The notes: generated from the sequence alone by a model not told the origin. Positions 33,376-45,620 are shown, numbered from the whole stretch's first letter. The stretch: 63,651 nt of DNA, filler included, from Trichomonas gallinae (GCA_008369845.1; 7 parts of 7 records of this genome joined end to end with filler, not necessarily neighbours in it); one strand, 5' to 3'. Translations and numbers: made by a program.

Positions 33376-33764
33376 GTTTCACCATTTTGGAAATTGCAAT
33401 CGATAAAATAGCCAATATCTATCTTCTTCTCATAATATCCTTTGTTGATAACTGACATTGTTGCAGTAGCATATGGTTGTTGAGTTCTTGCTGTTGTGGT
33501 TGAAAATATAAATACAAGTTCTTCACCTTTGTCGGATATTTTATGGTGATATTCATTAGATGTAATGAGATGAACTGGTCCTGGTTGGTTCTTTTCATCG
33601 TAAAGTCTGAAGCCAACAAAAACGCCTCTATCTTCATAAGTGAGTGATGGGGTTTGTCTTTTCTCGTTGACGTAATTAAAGTTAAATAATGAGTCTTTGT
33701 GCTTAGTATCAGGTTGAATGATAATGGTATTAGCTAAAACGCTGCTAAGTAAAAGAGAAAACAT
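33376..33764 (-). CDS. Bap-like surface protein, N-terminal fragment truncated by the contig end
   Basis: Signal-like MFSLLLSSVLA, DRGVFVGFR, VINKGYYEKKIDIGYFIDCNF. Homologous to the ORF starting at 698. Confidence 0.75.
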
Positions 33765-34981
33765 GGAATTAATAAAAATAAACTTATCAAAATTGAGAAT
33801 TAAGAATCTAATTTCATGAACCTATATCAATAAGCATAATTCAACAATTTTTAAAATTCTGATATTTATTGGCAGATTTTGATAAATAGCTAATATACAT
33901 TATAACATTGATAAATTTAAAATAAAAATCACAAAAAGAAAATAAACAAATAAATTTTTAGCTACTGCTAATATTATTAATATTTATACGAACAAAATTT
34001 TCAAAAATAAAAATTTTAAACGAAATTTGAGTGAAGATAATAGAAAATAATGGTTAATTGTAGTATTGAAATTAAGAAGTTACTGTTTATTTTCAATTTT
34101 TGAGAGATACAGAAAGTTTCGTCAAATGGAGAATACAATGGACTGTGCGCGAAATAATGATTAGGTAGATGAAATTGACATTTCCCATTACCAATTTTTT
34201 CATAAAGAAGGTTTATATTAATAAACATTTACCAACTCAAAATATTCTATGAGGACTCATCAAAATGAATATTAAAAAAATAAAGAATCCGAAATAATAA
34301 TGACATTGTAATATGTTGCATTAAAACTGATATTGATCATTCATGAAATGCAAAATTAGTATTAATAAGATCAAATCCATATACCTATATGATATTGCTT
34401 GTTTATATTATGATATTTTTGTGGTTCAAGAAAAAAAAAGTACCTTGCCAAACAGGAACCAAATTTGAGAAACCAAATTAAGCATGTAAGTTTGCTAGGG
34501 TATGATTTTTCTTGCTGCGAATTCCCGAACCTTTTCCAGGAAAGTAACTTGCATGGATTTCCATAGATATGAATGATATTCTGAGTTGTTTATATTTACA
34601 AACTGCCGAAGTATCTTCGTAGAAGTGAATCATCTTTGGAATCCATATAACAAAATGGCGTCATTTCAACAAAATCTATTGTTATATTAATATATGCGTG
34701 TAAAATATGCATAGAAATTAGAAAATTCGGAAATCATCTTTTAATTATATTTTCATAAAATGAGAAAATATGGTATCATAATAAATATTGTGTAATAGTA
34801 ACAATTTGATAATGCAACGAATGATCTGAGCTGTGTTGTTGTAAGATCAGATTTGGATCTCCAAAAATCTGTGTAGGAACTTCCCCAAAATTAGATATTT
34901 TGCTAATGTAGCTATAATGAGTATTCCATCAAACGTTAAGTCCCAAATTTGGGCCAATTTTCTGGAAAAATTTCAATTTAT

Positions 34982-35218
34982 ATAGCCTATGCTTTTCGAT
35001 GCAGATTTCGCAAGAACTTGCTAAGTTGTGATGTTTCTTGAAACCTAATAGCATAAATCGATGATGATATATTTCTCAAGATATCTGTCTCAATCAATTG
35101 TTGAAGCGATTTTGAGGTGCACATACATGCATGAGTCTGAGTATATTCGATGGTGGGAACGCAGATTTTTGTTTTTCCTGCAGTGCTGTCGTGTTTCAAC
35201 TAAAACAAGACATCCGAG
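34982..35218 (+). pseudogene. Possible highly decayed protein kinase remnant
   Basis: Across one frameshift and several stops: IAYA...SCD / LKPNSI / IDDDIFLKIS...VYSMVGTQIFVFPAVLS...NKTSE, in the order of kinase subdomains VI-IX. Confidence 0.35.
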
Positions 35219-35545
35219 GCAAAAAAAAAACACATCATTACAATTTCTAGAATCTTTGTGTTATGAAATTGAGCAATTTCTGCTTCTAGTGTTGTTATTG
35301 ATTTTTCTTAACACGATAGTCTGAATGCGTAGTAACTGCCATTATAATTATACAATCTTAGAATTATACGAATTAGTTTTTTCCTAAGTGTAACAAATTT
35401 GAGTCTATTAATCAACATGAATGTCTTCACGAATTGATTGCAGAATTATATTCATTGATAATTGCTTAATTTGAATTTTAAAACGGCGATTTGAAGGAAA
35501 AAAAAAACGAATCCGAAAAAATCAAGATTTATTCGGTTAAATTGT

Positions 35546-35758
35546 TTAAATACCCAAATCTGGGTCTTCTTCGTCGTTGTTGAACTTGAAGACGTCAACT
35601 GTTGTCTCTTCGTGGTAATCGGTGGCAAAGACGTCGTCGCTCTGTGGGATGCCCGTGGAGAAAAGTGGGTTGTCAACTGTCTGAGAGACAGAGCCTGGAG
35701 CAGGAGTGATGGCGGATTCGCTGATCTCTTCGTCACCTTCTGTTGTTGTGTCGTCCTT
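35546..35758 (-). CDS. C-terminal cytoplasmic tail of a surface protein (Bap-like/Pmp-type), 5' part lost at the contig end
   Basis: Frame missing from the ORF track: KDDTTTEGDEEISESAITPAPGSVSQTVDNPLFSTGIPQSDDVFATDYHEETTVDVFKFNNDEEDPDLGI*. Contains NPxF and acidic clusters, with strong C-ending codon bias. Confidence 0.75.
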   Translation of the reverse strand, partial: KDDTTTEGDEEISESAITPAPGSVSQTVDNPLFSTGIPQSDDVFATDYHEETTVDVFKFNNDEEDPDLGI

Positions 35759-35858
35759 NNNNNNNNNNNNNNNNNNNNNNNNNNNNNNNNNNNNNNNNNN
35801 NNTTAATTAATTAANNNNNNNNNNNNNNNNNNNNNNNNNNNNNNNNNNNNNNNNNNNN
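35759..35858. other. Artificial contig linker
   Basis: N44-TTAATTAATTAA-N44. Confidence 0.97.
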
Positions 35859-36264
35859 CCAAAATCCAATGAAGCATATTATTTTTATCTATCAAACGAT
35901 TCTTTTGCAATGCCAATTCCACAAATTCTCTATTATTTTCATTTTTCAATTTCCTTCTTATTTTAAACTGTCACATATTTGATATCATTTCCATGTATGT
36001 ATTCATTCTATATAAGTTATCCAAAACTAATATTTTCATATTTCTGATTATCAAAGAAATGGATTCAATAATGCATTGCATTTTAATATTTACTCACAGT
36101 ATACATTAATCTGCTATTTAATAATAGGAAATGATAAAAATATTATATGATTTTTGTATATTGATATTATTGCTATAAATATTATATGCAATAGATTAAA
36201 ATCAACAAATATTAACATTTATCAATCTAATACGTAGTATAAGAAAACAATATATAAACAAAAT

Positions 36265-36966
36265 TTACGCAGGTTTGCCAACAAGTTTTTCTGTCATTGA
36301 TTTAAGATTTGCAGCATTTACTTCAAGTGTTTCCAAAGAGTCAGACGCCAATCTAGATGGGCCATTAAGATAATGAAGAAGAATATGGTCCCTCTGTGAA
36401 ATTGAGCTCTTCAGCTCTAAGGGTGTTGGATTAATTGCCTGAAAAACTTCACGGAAGTGTTCTTGCTCTTCGGGATTACAAAGCATCAAAACATCTTCCC
36501 AGTTTTCGCGCTGAGATGCGTACATATCTGATATTATGTCGTTGAGTCGTGAGTTGTAAGGTGTTCTTTGTATTTGATATTGATTTTGAGGTAATGCTGG
36601 AATTTGTTTTTGCTTCTTTACTCTTTGCGGTGTTTTGTTTGCGGATTCTTTACCTTTCTCATTGTCTGAGAGTCGTTTAGATGCCGTTTCGAATAATTCT
36701 GACCATACATCTGATGTATAAGCGAGAAAGGCTTCGATCATATCGATTTTTGTTCTATTTCGTGGCGTTTTAAGATTAAAAAAGCCAAGCAAAGCTGTAT
36801 ATTCTCGATAAGAAAGAACGTCTTTTATTTCTTCTGGAATCAAATCTAAAGGATCGCCCGGAAGTTTGACAATTATTGAAGATATATAATCATTAAGAAC
36901 TATGCCTTCTAGAGACTGAAGTGGGCGCTGTGATTCCGCAGTATCACCTTTCTTATCATTTTCCAT
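36265..36966 (-). CDS. Hypothetical protein
   Basis: 233-aa ATG-initiated ORF with coding-like composition between AT-rich flanks. No domain recognised. Confidence 0.7.
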   Translation of the reverse strand: MENDKKGDTAESQRPLQSLEGIVLNDYISSIIVKLPGDPLDLIPEEIKDVLSYREYTALLGFFNLKTPRNRTKIDMIEAFLAYTSDVWSELFETASKRLSDNEKGKESANKTPQRVKKQKQIPALPQNQYQIQRTPYNSRLNDIISDMYASQRENWEDVLMLCNPEEQEHFREVFQAINPTPLELKSSISQRDHILLHYLNGPSRLASDSLETLEVNAANLKSMTEKLVGKPA

Positions 36967-37312
36967 TTAACAAAGTAACACACCCGTAACTTTACAAAAA
37001 GTGACAACAAATCATTTCTTCATTTTTTTTACACAACCTATATATGAATAAATCATATTTTAATCTCACATTCTTTATAATATAGGCTTATGCACATATA
37101 CATATAACTATCTTGTTTCTAAATCAATAGTTATTGTATTGAGAGTCTAATGCCTATCATATTCATCGCAAATCAATAATTGGTTAATCAGATCAATTAT
37201 TAAACAGAAAAAAAAAGATAAGAGAAATTATTATACTAAATATTGATATGAACAAAATCTCTAGTACGCTTATAACAATTGAGTTTTTCATTATACAATC
37301 ATTACTATTTGG

Positions 37313-37437
37313 AAATATTTACATGTCAAAAATTTTGAACAAATATTTCCTTGTCAAATAATTTTAATATTTCTTGTCAAATAATTTTAAATGATTTACA
37401 TGTCTAATATATTTTTGAATTATTTACATGTCAAAAA
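37313..37437. repeat. Degenerate ~26-bp tandem repeat carrying TGTCA cores
   Basis: TGTC(A/T) at 37324, 37352, 37375, 37401 and 37429. TTTACATGTC occurs three times and CTTGTCAAATAATTTTAA twice. Confidence 0.6.
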
Positions 37438-37729
37438 GATAAAATTCGTCACTTTTCCCATAAGAGAATAATTTATTTTTCCCTTGGAATTCTTTTTAAG
37501 ATTAAATATGAGAACGATCTTTCTGATCGAATAATGCAGTTTCTTCAATACGACTTTAGAAAAAATTTCAAATTCAAAAATTGAATGAAGGTGGTCGGAA
37601 CGATAAAAATATGGGAATTTTTTCTATGAAAATAAAAAATAATATACAAAATGTATATACTTTACAAACAGTGGCATGTAACAATAATAAACTGCAATTA
37701 TTTTGATGTTATAATTGAAATCACAAAAT

Positions 37730-38128
37730 TTACTTGTGATTCAGTAGCTTAAATATATCAGATGAGTATTGATCACTCTTCTGCTGCTCAAGAGTGATCT
37801 GTTGCTTTGTATTAGCTTTTGTGTGGAAGTCTCCTATCCTGGGATAAATCATTGACCAGTTCTCCGTGAACCAACAGATCAAAGCTTTTTTATTTCTCTT
37901 AGCCATCCTATCCAGATATATCCCAAGACCACGCGATATATCTACAGCCAGGCTCATCAAGTCAATTATTGGAAAACCTGGACCCAAAAAGTCAATGAGA
38001 AAGTAGTGGACATAGCTAAGTTTTGTTCCGTTCCTCTTTATTCTTTCATTGATGTCTTCTGCAGTGTATTTCGTCAAGTACCTATCCGGCTTCTTGATCC
38101 GCGCTTCATCTGAAAGCATTGAGTTCAT
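37730..38128 (-). CDS. Small lineage-specific protein with an RxxxRxKxxxxxWFxxNW motif
   Basis: 132 aa, GIYLDRMAKRNKKALICWFTENWSMIYPRI. The same motif is in 57693-58169. Confidence 0.8.
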   Translation of the reverse strand: MNSMLSDEARIKKPDRYLTKYTAEDINERIKRNGTKLSYVHYFLIDFLGPGFPIIDLMSLAVDISRGLGIYLDRMAKRNKKALICWFTENWSMIYPRIGDFHTKANTKQQITLEQQKSDQYSSDIFKLLNHK

Positions 38129-40468
38129 TTACCGTTCGAACAAATCAAAATCAAATTACTATCGATTTCGATCATTTCATAACAAAATCTTCCTTCAATT
38201 TTTGAATGAATGTTGCGGTCTTTTTTGATAATATTATCATCAAAAAGAAATTCTCTTTGATGGTTACACGGCATTTTAGTAATTCCTGCCCATCAAATAA
38301 ATTCAATGTACTATGATGGGTTTGTTCTCAAAAATTCAGGCGAAAAATGATTTTTGTAAATGATGAATATTATCATTTCTTGATATAAACAAACTAAATA
38401 TTAACCTCTATAAAAATAATTATTTTCCACTACAAATCTCAGTGTTTTGACTGATCATCGGTTATTGTTAACATATATTTAACTATCTTAATCAATATTG
38501 CGCAATAAAACACAACTCTCTCATAATAAAAATAAAATTGAGGAATTTTAAATTTACATTGTTTTATCGAAATGTGTTCGTCTTCTATTTTTTAATATTA
38601 CTGGACCATGTGATTTTCTGGTATTAGATTCTTTCGTGTTTACACCATAAAGATTTATACCATGTGGCAGGCTCTCAAAATAATCTCAATTTTGAAATAC
38701 TTACAACATCATGATAAATATTTGATCAGAGGCAGTGCTATTAGGAGAACGATCGCTAGAAGACCTTTGACAAAACAACATTGGATTTTTAACAGTTTCT
38801 GAACACCTCATTTTTTTTCCAATGATATTTTCTCTTTTTCTATAACTTGGATAAAGCATCAATAGAGCGAACATATGTAGCATGCGATAATGAGTATAAA
38901 AATGCTATGTAGTCGTCTAACCGTTCTGAAAATCTTTGAGAGTTTTATTTGTTTAGATTTAGTTTTGTTTTTCGTTTTATTATAAAATGTAAAAAATATA
39001 AAAATTAAATGATCCAACAATTGATCAAAGTTTTGTTCTAAGATATATGGCAATGATACAATGATTTGGAATAAGAGAAGAGTGACTTTCAAAGATTTTC
39101 GACAATCATGGCTCTTGCTGTGAAAGAGTCTGTTGAGAGTTGTCTTAAAGAATAGTAATTTCTAATCTAGGGATTATATCTCTATATGATTTGATAGTAA
39201 TGATAAAAATGTCGCAATAAAAGTACGAAATTTCTTCAATTTTGAGATTTCGTTTGTATGTTGATTCATAACCTTCTTTATGTAGCATTTGAACTAAGTT
39301 GTAGATTTTATAGCAGTTACACATGTTATATTATAGATAGAATGTATATTTTTATTCAGACATCAATCAAACGAAAATATGGATTAATATATTATATAAT
39401 ATATTTATATTGATAAGATTAAGCTATTTCTGAAATATCTTAATGAAATGTTGATTTCACAAATGAAATGTAATTATTCTTCATTTTTTTTATCCAAGAA
39501 GTATAGATTTTTCAAAATATTTTAATGAGGTGAAAGTAGTTAATTTGGAAAGAAGTAGATATTTGGTTTAATTTGATTAAGTTATGCATGATTCACCACG
39601 AAAGTCATTTTTCACTTTTTACGTGTCAAAATCCGCCATGTAAAATATCTAAATGTCAAAAGACAAAATTTTATGATAAGGTCATCAATTTTGCCTCAGT
39701 GATCTTTATGCCATAGGCTTTGTATTATCTTAATCAAAGAGCTTCAACTACAAATAGAAATTCAACAAAATTTGGAAATTTTCGTTTATAACCATGATAT
39801 ATGAAAATACATATATTGGGTATGATGCTGGAATTGAAATTTGAACAATTGATGACATTAGGCAAAAATTTGATTACTCCAGAAAAAGGATCCTTATTCC
39901 GCATGAAAAATCGACATAAATAGACCAAATTGGATACATTTACGTCAGAAAAAAAAAAAAAAATTCGTTTACAAGAAATACGAAAATATAACCTTATGAC
40001 AATATTGGCAGCGTCGAAATCAAATGGAAACAAAATCGCATCCTTGTTTTGTTTACGATTTGCTTAAGCGAATAAATCACTCCAATTTGAGTGCGAAGTA
40101 AAATCTTTGTCACAATTTTTGGAAATTGAGAGATTTTGTTTGCTTTAAAGTTATTGAATAATAATACAGAGTTTCACATTTTTATAATATCTGTCAACTG
40201 TTTGGTTTTTTTCGAATTTTTTGCATATTTTAGATATGATACAAAGAATAGATTTTACGAAATCGTTTATTTTATTGAATTATTTGAATTCAACTTTTTT
40301 CTGAACAAAAAACGAGTATTTTTTATCATTATATTATATATAATCAGTAAATAACGATTTATCAACTTTGTGTCAGGACTGTAATAATTTAACAAATGCA
40401 TTTATAGATGTTATAGGTCATGTTTTTGCTAAAATTTTGGGATTAAAAATTTCTTAAAAAAAAAAAAA

Positions 40469-43400
40469 ATGAATCCACCTTCTTCTATTCATACGAGTAC
40501 TTCTTTCGAGAAGGATGCTGGCATTAGAAACTTGCTTATACAGGGGAAGGTGAGAAGCATTGACATTCTTTTTCCCTTATTTAACACGATATATCAACAA
40601 TGCTCAGTTTTGGTTCCATTATTCTATGTAACGGCATTTTATTGGGGAATCCAAGCTATGTTTCTTGTTATGTGGCCTATGTCCGAGTTTTGGGATGAAA
40701 GTAACATGTCTGAAATCCAATGGACAGTTTTCAAGTATATGAAAGCGATTTTACTCTTTATAACAAGTCCGCACGATTCAAAGAAAGTTTTAATCAAAGA
40801 AGCTGTGTTTTTCATCGCAAATATTCTTTCATTTTTATTAATATTGATGCAACTACTCTATTACAACATCCATCGAAGTTTTATCAAATATTTACTCAAT
40901 CCTGTGCAATCATATGACGCAGTGACGCTTATAGGCGTCCTGCCATCAGCAGTCGTATTCGGAGAAAGCTTCCAGTACTTAACTAATGGACAATCAGACA
41001 TCTACACGATATTCTCACTCATTCTATCCATATTCAACGTTATTTATATGCTCGTTTATCACTATGTCATTTTAAGATTAACAGCAAAAAGCGTCTCACT
41101 ACAAAATCTCCCATTTCTTTCGTTTGATCCATTCATGACATACGCACTTATCACAGCAATTGCAGTCATTATCATGGTCACTTACGTTATAATGTATTTT
41201 GTTGAGTGGGCGTATTTAGTTTCAATAGTTGTGCACTTCTGCGTGTTTGCTTACATATTTTCACAGACAATACACATGCTTTATCTCATTCATTCCTCGA
41301 ATTCATTATTTTTCGGATTATCTTTTACATTTTGTGTCCTTGATATTGTCATGTTCGTTGTCCACTTCGTCCAAGACCTTAATAATTTTGTTCCAATGAT
41401 CATCACATTCTGCTGCATTGTAATATCTTGTAATGTTGGCCTTATTTTCTTCCATTTTCGTAGGAAAAAGGTTATTGAGATACTCTCTGAAACAGATCCA
41501 AGCATGGAAGAAGATAAAACTCCATATTTCGATTCCCTTAAATTAGCAACGAACGATAAGAAGGCTTTAATGTTTCTTTCTGTTGGTTTTGCGAATGCTT
41601 GTCCCATGTTTTATGACTTAAGCCTCATGGAATACTTAGCAGTGCAAAATCCATCGAGTTATATTTTAGCCAACATGCTTCAGATTATTAACTATTTCCC
41701 AGGTGAGCATAGGTTCTTGAACAGAATTACAGGCATGCTGATGTCTAATCGTCAACTTTTGTTCGATCAAAGATTTTTAATTTATCAAATTTACAAGATT
41801 AAGACTCTTAGACAATTTTCTTCATCAACAGATTCTAATCTTAAGCTTAATGAACTCAAGAACATGTCAAGACAAGTCGAAAGCATGACAAGAAGCGCAT
41901 TAGAAACAACAAACTTAAAACCAGGCTTTTACGAAGAACTTGCCATCAAAGCGAAGCGTGCTAACGCTATTTGGGTAGAAGCATTATGTGATTATCCAAA
42001 TAATCCGAAGTTTTGTGATGAATATTGCAGATATCTTGTAGAATGCGAAGCAAACTATCCAGAGAGCCTCAGAATCAAGCACAGAGGCTCATTAATCGAA
42101 ATGGGCAAGAACTATTCATTCGATTACTCATTTAGATCAATGGTAAAGTTATTCCCAATCTACTTGAAGAAAGAAATCATTGATTTGCGCGGAAACTTAA
42201 AGGCGAAACCAAAGTTAAACGCAAGCCAGAGCTCATCTAGCATCAAGACAGAGAACATCACGTCAAATTCAGGCTCAGGGTCGAATGGATCACATAACTT
42301 AAGCATATCATCAGATATCGACGACGAAATACAAGAACAGATCGGCAAGCAAACATTCACTCAACACAAGGCACGCTTAGCATTACACAGAGCTCTCGAA
42401 AACAAATTACCGAGCAGCGTGAAATGCATCATTCCAACAGGAATAATTACTTTAATTATCGTCACTTTCTTGTTCTTGTTTGTGTTTTTATATACAAGAT
42501 TCGAATTATATTCGCAGACAGATTCTATGGCGATGCTCGATGCCATGTCAAAGACGAGGTTCTATCTCGCTCTCAACGACATGGAAATCATCTTAAGGTA
42601 CATGGTGGACTTGGGCTCTTTCAAGCGATACAATCAGTCTTTAATCAACTTGGCGTCAATTTGCGACAGCAAAGAAATTATCGTTGACCCTCTCAAAGAT
42701 TATTTATATCAAACATTGCATTCACTTAACAATGCCATGGACGAGTTTTCTCTTTTGATAAACATGCTGGCTGATATATCAGACAACAGAGATACTGTCT
42801 TCAAAGTTGCTGGAAACTTAGTCTTAACGCAGCACCCAACAATCACATGCTACAATGGTGAAAAAGCTTACATCATCAATGATACAATAAGCTCTATGAT
42901 TTCAATTTTCTTCGCACACCAGTCTTACATTTTGACACGCGTCTATGATGATATATCTGACATGTTCGATACAACACAGTTCTGCGAGCTTTTGATCAAT
43001 CTCAAAGTATTTTATACTTTAGTGCCGCAAGTCTTCTCTGATTTCTCTGATTACCAAGTTGATCAAGGCGACAAACTCAAGAAGAACTTCGAGATTATTC
43101 TCTACACAGTGCCAGCATTAATAGCAGTCGTGTCATTTATTCCTTTACTTATTATACATTTAATGACGATGAAGTCAATCAAAGATGTAACAACTCTAAT
43201 AATGTCGTTCGATCCTAAGACAAGGGCTGATGCAAAAGAAATAATTACGGTCAATGTAGAAAACGATGACACGAAACTCGCTGAAATGAGCATGAGCAGC
43301 TCAAGGAGTGGATGGATGATATTCTTGTTGGTAATCTTTGCAGTTCTGTTTGTTGTATTATCAACACTTATGACCATTTTTGCCAAGGATTCAAACAACG

Positions 43401-45184
43401 ATATTATTAATCTTAACGTTTGGGACCAATATGCGACACTCAGACTTTCACTTTCAGCAGAGACAATGAACACTTTCGTTTTCGGCATTTCTATGTTCGA
43501 CAATCCAGGAAAAACGAGTCTGTCAAATGCAACAAGCTCTGCAATGACTGCATCAGGACTGTTACAGTTATTGTTAAAGTCGAACAATGATTTATTGCAG
43601 GGTACGGATAGTTCTCCACCATGCACCAATTTCGATCAACAGCTCGATGACGAAAACATCAACGACAAACAAGTCAACCACACATCTATGGACGCTCATT
43701 CTCTCTACTCAGGTGCGTCAATCAACACTCAGCTGAAGATATTAGCTGATTACTTGAAGCAGATTGCTCTTAATATGTTCGGAACGCCACCTTTAGCTGT
43801 CACTCCATTCGCGCATGCTGTACATATATTCTCTTCTCACTTAGCCCCGAAGCTATTCAATGTCACACAGAGATTGAGAGAACTGGCTAAAGTTACATAT
43901 GATAAGCTGATGCTTAATATTGGCTTGATATTGATCCCTGCTTTCATTATGATTATTTTATACGGTGTTGTCGTCTCTCAGTACTTCGTAATGAGAAGGG
44001 ATGCATACAGGGCGGCATTATTCATCCTGAAGAGAATCAATCCTCACGCACTGATTAACAACAAACTGTTCATCAAACAATTCTTGAATAATACGAATGA
44101 TGTACACGAAGAAAACAAGACTGTTTCAGGAAACATTTTGCATAATGCACCTGATGCAATCTTGTGCACAAACATTCATGGTGTCGTTGAAATCGTTAAC
44201 CCAGCGACAACATCTCTATTAGGTTATACGCCTGAGCAATTACTCGGTCAACCAGTTCCAGCTTTCTTCATTCAAGTCGATGAAGATAGAATCAACCAGC
44301 AGCTTGATATGATGAGAAATGGCCAAGCAAGCTCTTTCTATGAAGACAACATCACAGCGATCACTGATGCTTCACAGTTCATGCCTTGCCACATAACAAT
44401 ATTAGGCATGAAGCCAGCGAATTCATCGACAATCAACTCATTCGTTGTTATATTAAGAGATCAGACACAGTTAAATGCACAGCAGCAACAAGCAGAAGAA
44501 GCTAAAGCACAGTCAGAGAAATTGCTCTATCAGATTCTTCCACGCGATATCGTTGTTCAAATCAACCGTGGTGAGAAAGACATTTCATTCACTGTTCCTT
44601 CAGCAACAATCATCTTCATTGATATAGTTAAGTTCTCTGAGTATTCAGCTGCTTTGACACCACAAGAAATTATGGCGAACTTGAGCTTGTATTTCGGCAC
44701 AGTTGACGATTTACTTTCGAAGTACAACCTTTTGACAAAAATTAAACTGATCGGTGATATTTACATGGCAGCTGCGGGTTTGTTCAATCCAGAGACTCCT
44801 GCCGAGAAACATGCTGAACAGATGATCATGTTCGCAACAGAAGTAATCTTAGAGCTCGACGAAATCAACATCAGACTCAATGCTTCTCTTAGTGTTAGAG
44901 CAGGCATTAATTCTGGCGGCCCAATCATCGCCGGCGTTTTAGGAAAAGATAAGCCAGTATTCGACATCATTGGTGATCCAATCAACGTAGCAGCCAGACT
45001 ACAAAGTACAGATGAGGCAAACTTCGTCCAGATTTCTCAGGCAACATATGACCTTGTCAACCATCTTAATTTCGACATCAAACCAAGAGGTGAAGTCTTC
45101 TTGAAAGGAAAAGGCAAGCAGATGACATACTTAGTTTCTCCTAACCCACTTGTTAATGGCGCTAACATGGAATTCTCGTCTTAA
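40469..45184 (+). CDS. Multi-pass transmembrane class III adenylyl cyclase with a PAS domain
   Basis: Many N-terminal TM helices. PAS: ILHNAPDAILCTN..G.VEIVNPA...LLGYTPEQLLGQ. Cyclase motifs IIFIDIVKFS, KIKLIGDIYM, FDIIGDPINVAARLQS and KGKG. The Lys/Asp specificity pair indicates ATP. Confidence 0.93.
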   Translation: MNPPSSIHTSTSFEKDAGIRNLLIQGKVRSIDILFPLFNTIYQQCSVLVPLFYVTAFYWGIQAMFLVMWPMSEFWDESNMSEIQWTVFKYMKAILLFITSPHDSKKVLIKEAVFFIANILSFLLILMQLLYYNIHRSFIKYLLNPVQSYDAVTLIGVLPSAVVFGESFQYLTNGQSDIYTIFSLILSIFNVIYMLVYHYVILRLTAKSVSLQNLPFLSFDPFMTYALITAIAVIIMVTYVIMYFVEWAYLVSIVVHFCVFAYIFSQTIHMLYLIHSSNSLFFGLSFTFCVLDIVMFVVHFVQDLNNFVPMIITFCCIVISCNVGLIFFHFRRKKVIEILSETDPSMEEDKTPYFDSLKLATNDKKALMFLSVGFANACPMFYDLSLMEYLAVQNPSSYILANMLQIINYFPGEHRFLNRITGMLMSNRQLLFDQRFLIYQIYKIKTLRQFSSSTDSNLKLNELKNMSRQVESMTRSALETTNLKPGFYEELAIKAKRANAIWVEALCDYPNNPKFCDEYCRYLVECEANYPESLRIKHRGSLIEMGKNYSFDYSFRSMVKLFPIYLKKEIIDLRGNLKAKPKLNASQSSSSIKTENITSNSGSGSNGSHNLSISSDIDDEIQEQIGKQTFTQHKARLALHRALENKLPSSVKCIIPTGIITLIIVTFLFLFVFLYTRFELYSQTDSMAMLDAMSKTRFYLALNDMEIILRYMVDLGSFKRYNQSLINLASICDSKEIIVDPLKDYLYQTLHSLNNAMDEFSLLINMLADISDNRDTVFKVAGNLVLTQHPTITCYNGEKAYIINDTISSMISIFFAHQSYILTRVYDDISDMFDTTQFCELLINLKVFYTLVPQVFSDFSDYQVDQGDKLKKNFEIILYTVPALIAVVSFIPLLIIHLMTMKSIKDVTTLIMSFDPKTRADAKEIITVNVENDDTKLAEMSMSSSRSGWMIFLLVIFAVLFVVLSTLMTIFAKDSNNDIINLNVWDQYATLRLSLSAETMNTFVFGISMFDNPGKTSLSNATSSAMTASGLLQLLLKSNNDLLQGTDSSPPCTNFDQQLDDENINDKQVNHTSMDAHSLYSGASINTQLKILADYLKQIALNMFGTPPLAVTPFAHAVHIFSSHLAPKLFNVTQRLRELAKVTYDKLMLNIGLILIPAFIMIILYGVVVSQYFVMRRDAYRAALFILKRINPHALINNKLFIKQFLNNTNDVHEENKTVSGNILHNAPDAILCTNIHGVVEIVNPATTSLLGYTPEQLLGQPVPAFFIQVDEDRINQQLDMMRNGQASSFYEDNITAITDASQFMPCHITILGMKPANSSTINSFVVILRDQTQLNAQQQQAEEAKAQSEKLLYQILPRDIVVQINRGEKDISFTVPSATIIFIDIVKFSEYSAALTPQEIMANLSLYFGTVDDLLSKYNLLTKIKLIGDIYMAAAGLFNPETPAEKHAEQMIMFATEVILELDEINIRLNASLSVRAGINSGGPIIAGVLGKDKPVFDIIGDPINVAARLQSTDEANFVQISQATYDLVNHLNFDIKPRGEVFLKGKGKQMTYLVSPNPLVNGANMEFSS

Positions 45185-45441
45185 TTTATTTTTTTATTTT
45201 TTGTAATTTATTTTTTCGTTATAAATTTTACATTTATTAAACTTAAATCCACTACACAATAAAAATATCATAAACATTCATGTAGAAATTTAACAAATCA
45301 AATTTCAAATATGAAATTGAAATATATTACAATCGTTCGAATCATATATATTCATTTTATGCGAGGTGTTTATTAAATTGCATGGAGAAACAAAGTATTT
45401 GGCATGTATTGATAATAAGGTTAAATAAATTTTTAAAAAGG

Positions 45442-45446
45442 AAAAA
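45442..45446 (-). terminator. Pol III oligo-T terminator of tRNA-Gln
   Basis: TTTTT on the minus strand, 3 nt after the tRNA 3' end. Confidence 0.7.
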
Positions 45447-45449
45447 GTG

Positions 45450-45520
45450 TGGTCCCGCCAGGAGTCGAACCTGGATTTCGGGATTCAAAGTCCCAAGTGA
45501 TAACCGCTACACTACGGGAC
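45450..45520 (-). tRNA. trnQ: tRNA-Gln (anticodon TTG), first base cut off by the contig end
   Basis: Minus strand GTCCCGTAGTGTAGCGGTTATCACTTGGGACTTTGAATCCCGAAATCCAGGTTCGACTCCTGGCGGGACCA folds as a cloverleaf: anticodon loop CTTTGAA, T-arm CCAGG-TTCGACT-CCTGG. Confidence 0.95.
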
Positions 45521-45620
45521 NNNNNNNNNNNNNNNNNNNNNNNNNNNNNNNNNNNNNNNNNNNNTTAATTAATTAANNNNNNNNNNNNNNNNNNNNNNNN
45601 NNNNNNNNNNNNNNNNNNNN
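45521..45620. other. Artificial contig linker
   Basis: N44-TTAATTAATTAA-N44. Confidence 0.97.

Noticed and set aside
34850..34910. Minus-strand peptide KISNFGEVPTQIFGDP resembling the end of a BEACH domain
   Set aside because: No other BEACH motifs nearby, and the opposite strand gives a more coherent kinase-like relic.
35452..35806. Track ORFs 35452-35736 (-) and 35612-35806 (+)
   Set aside because: Wrong frames. The codon-biased minus frame ending at 35546 gives a recognisable surface-protein tail.
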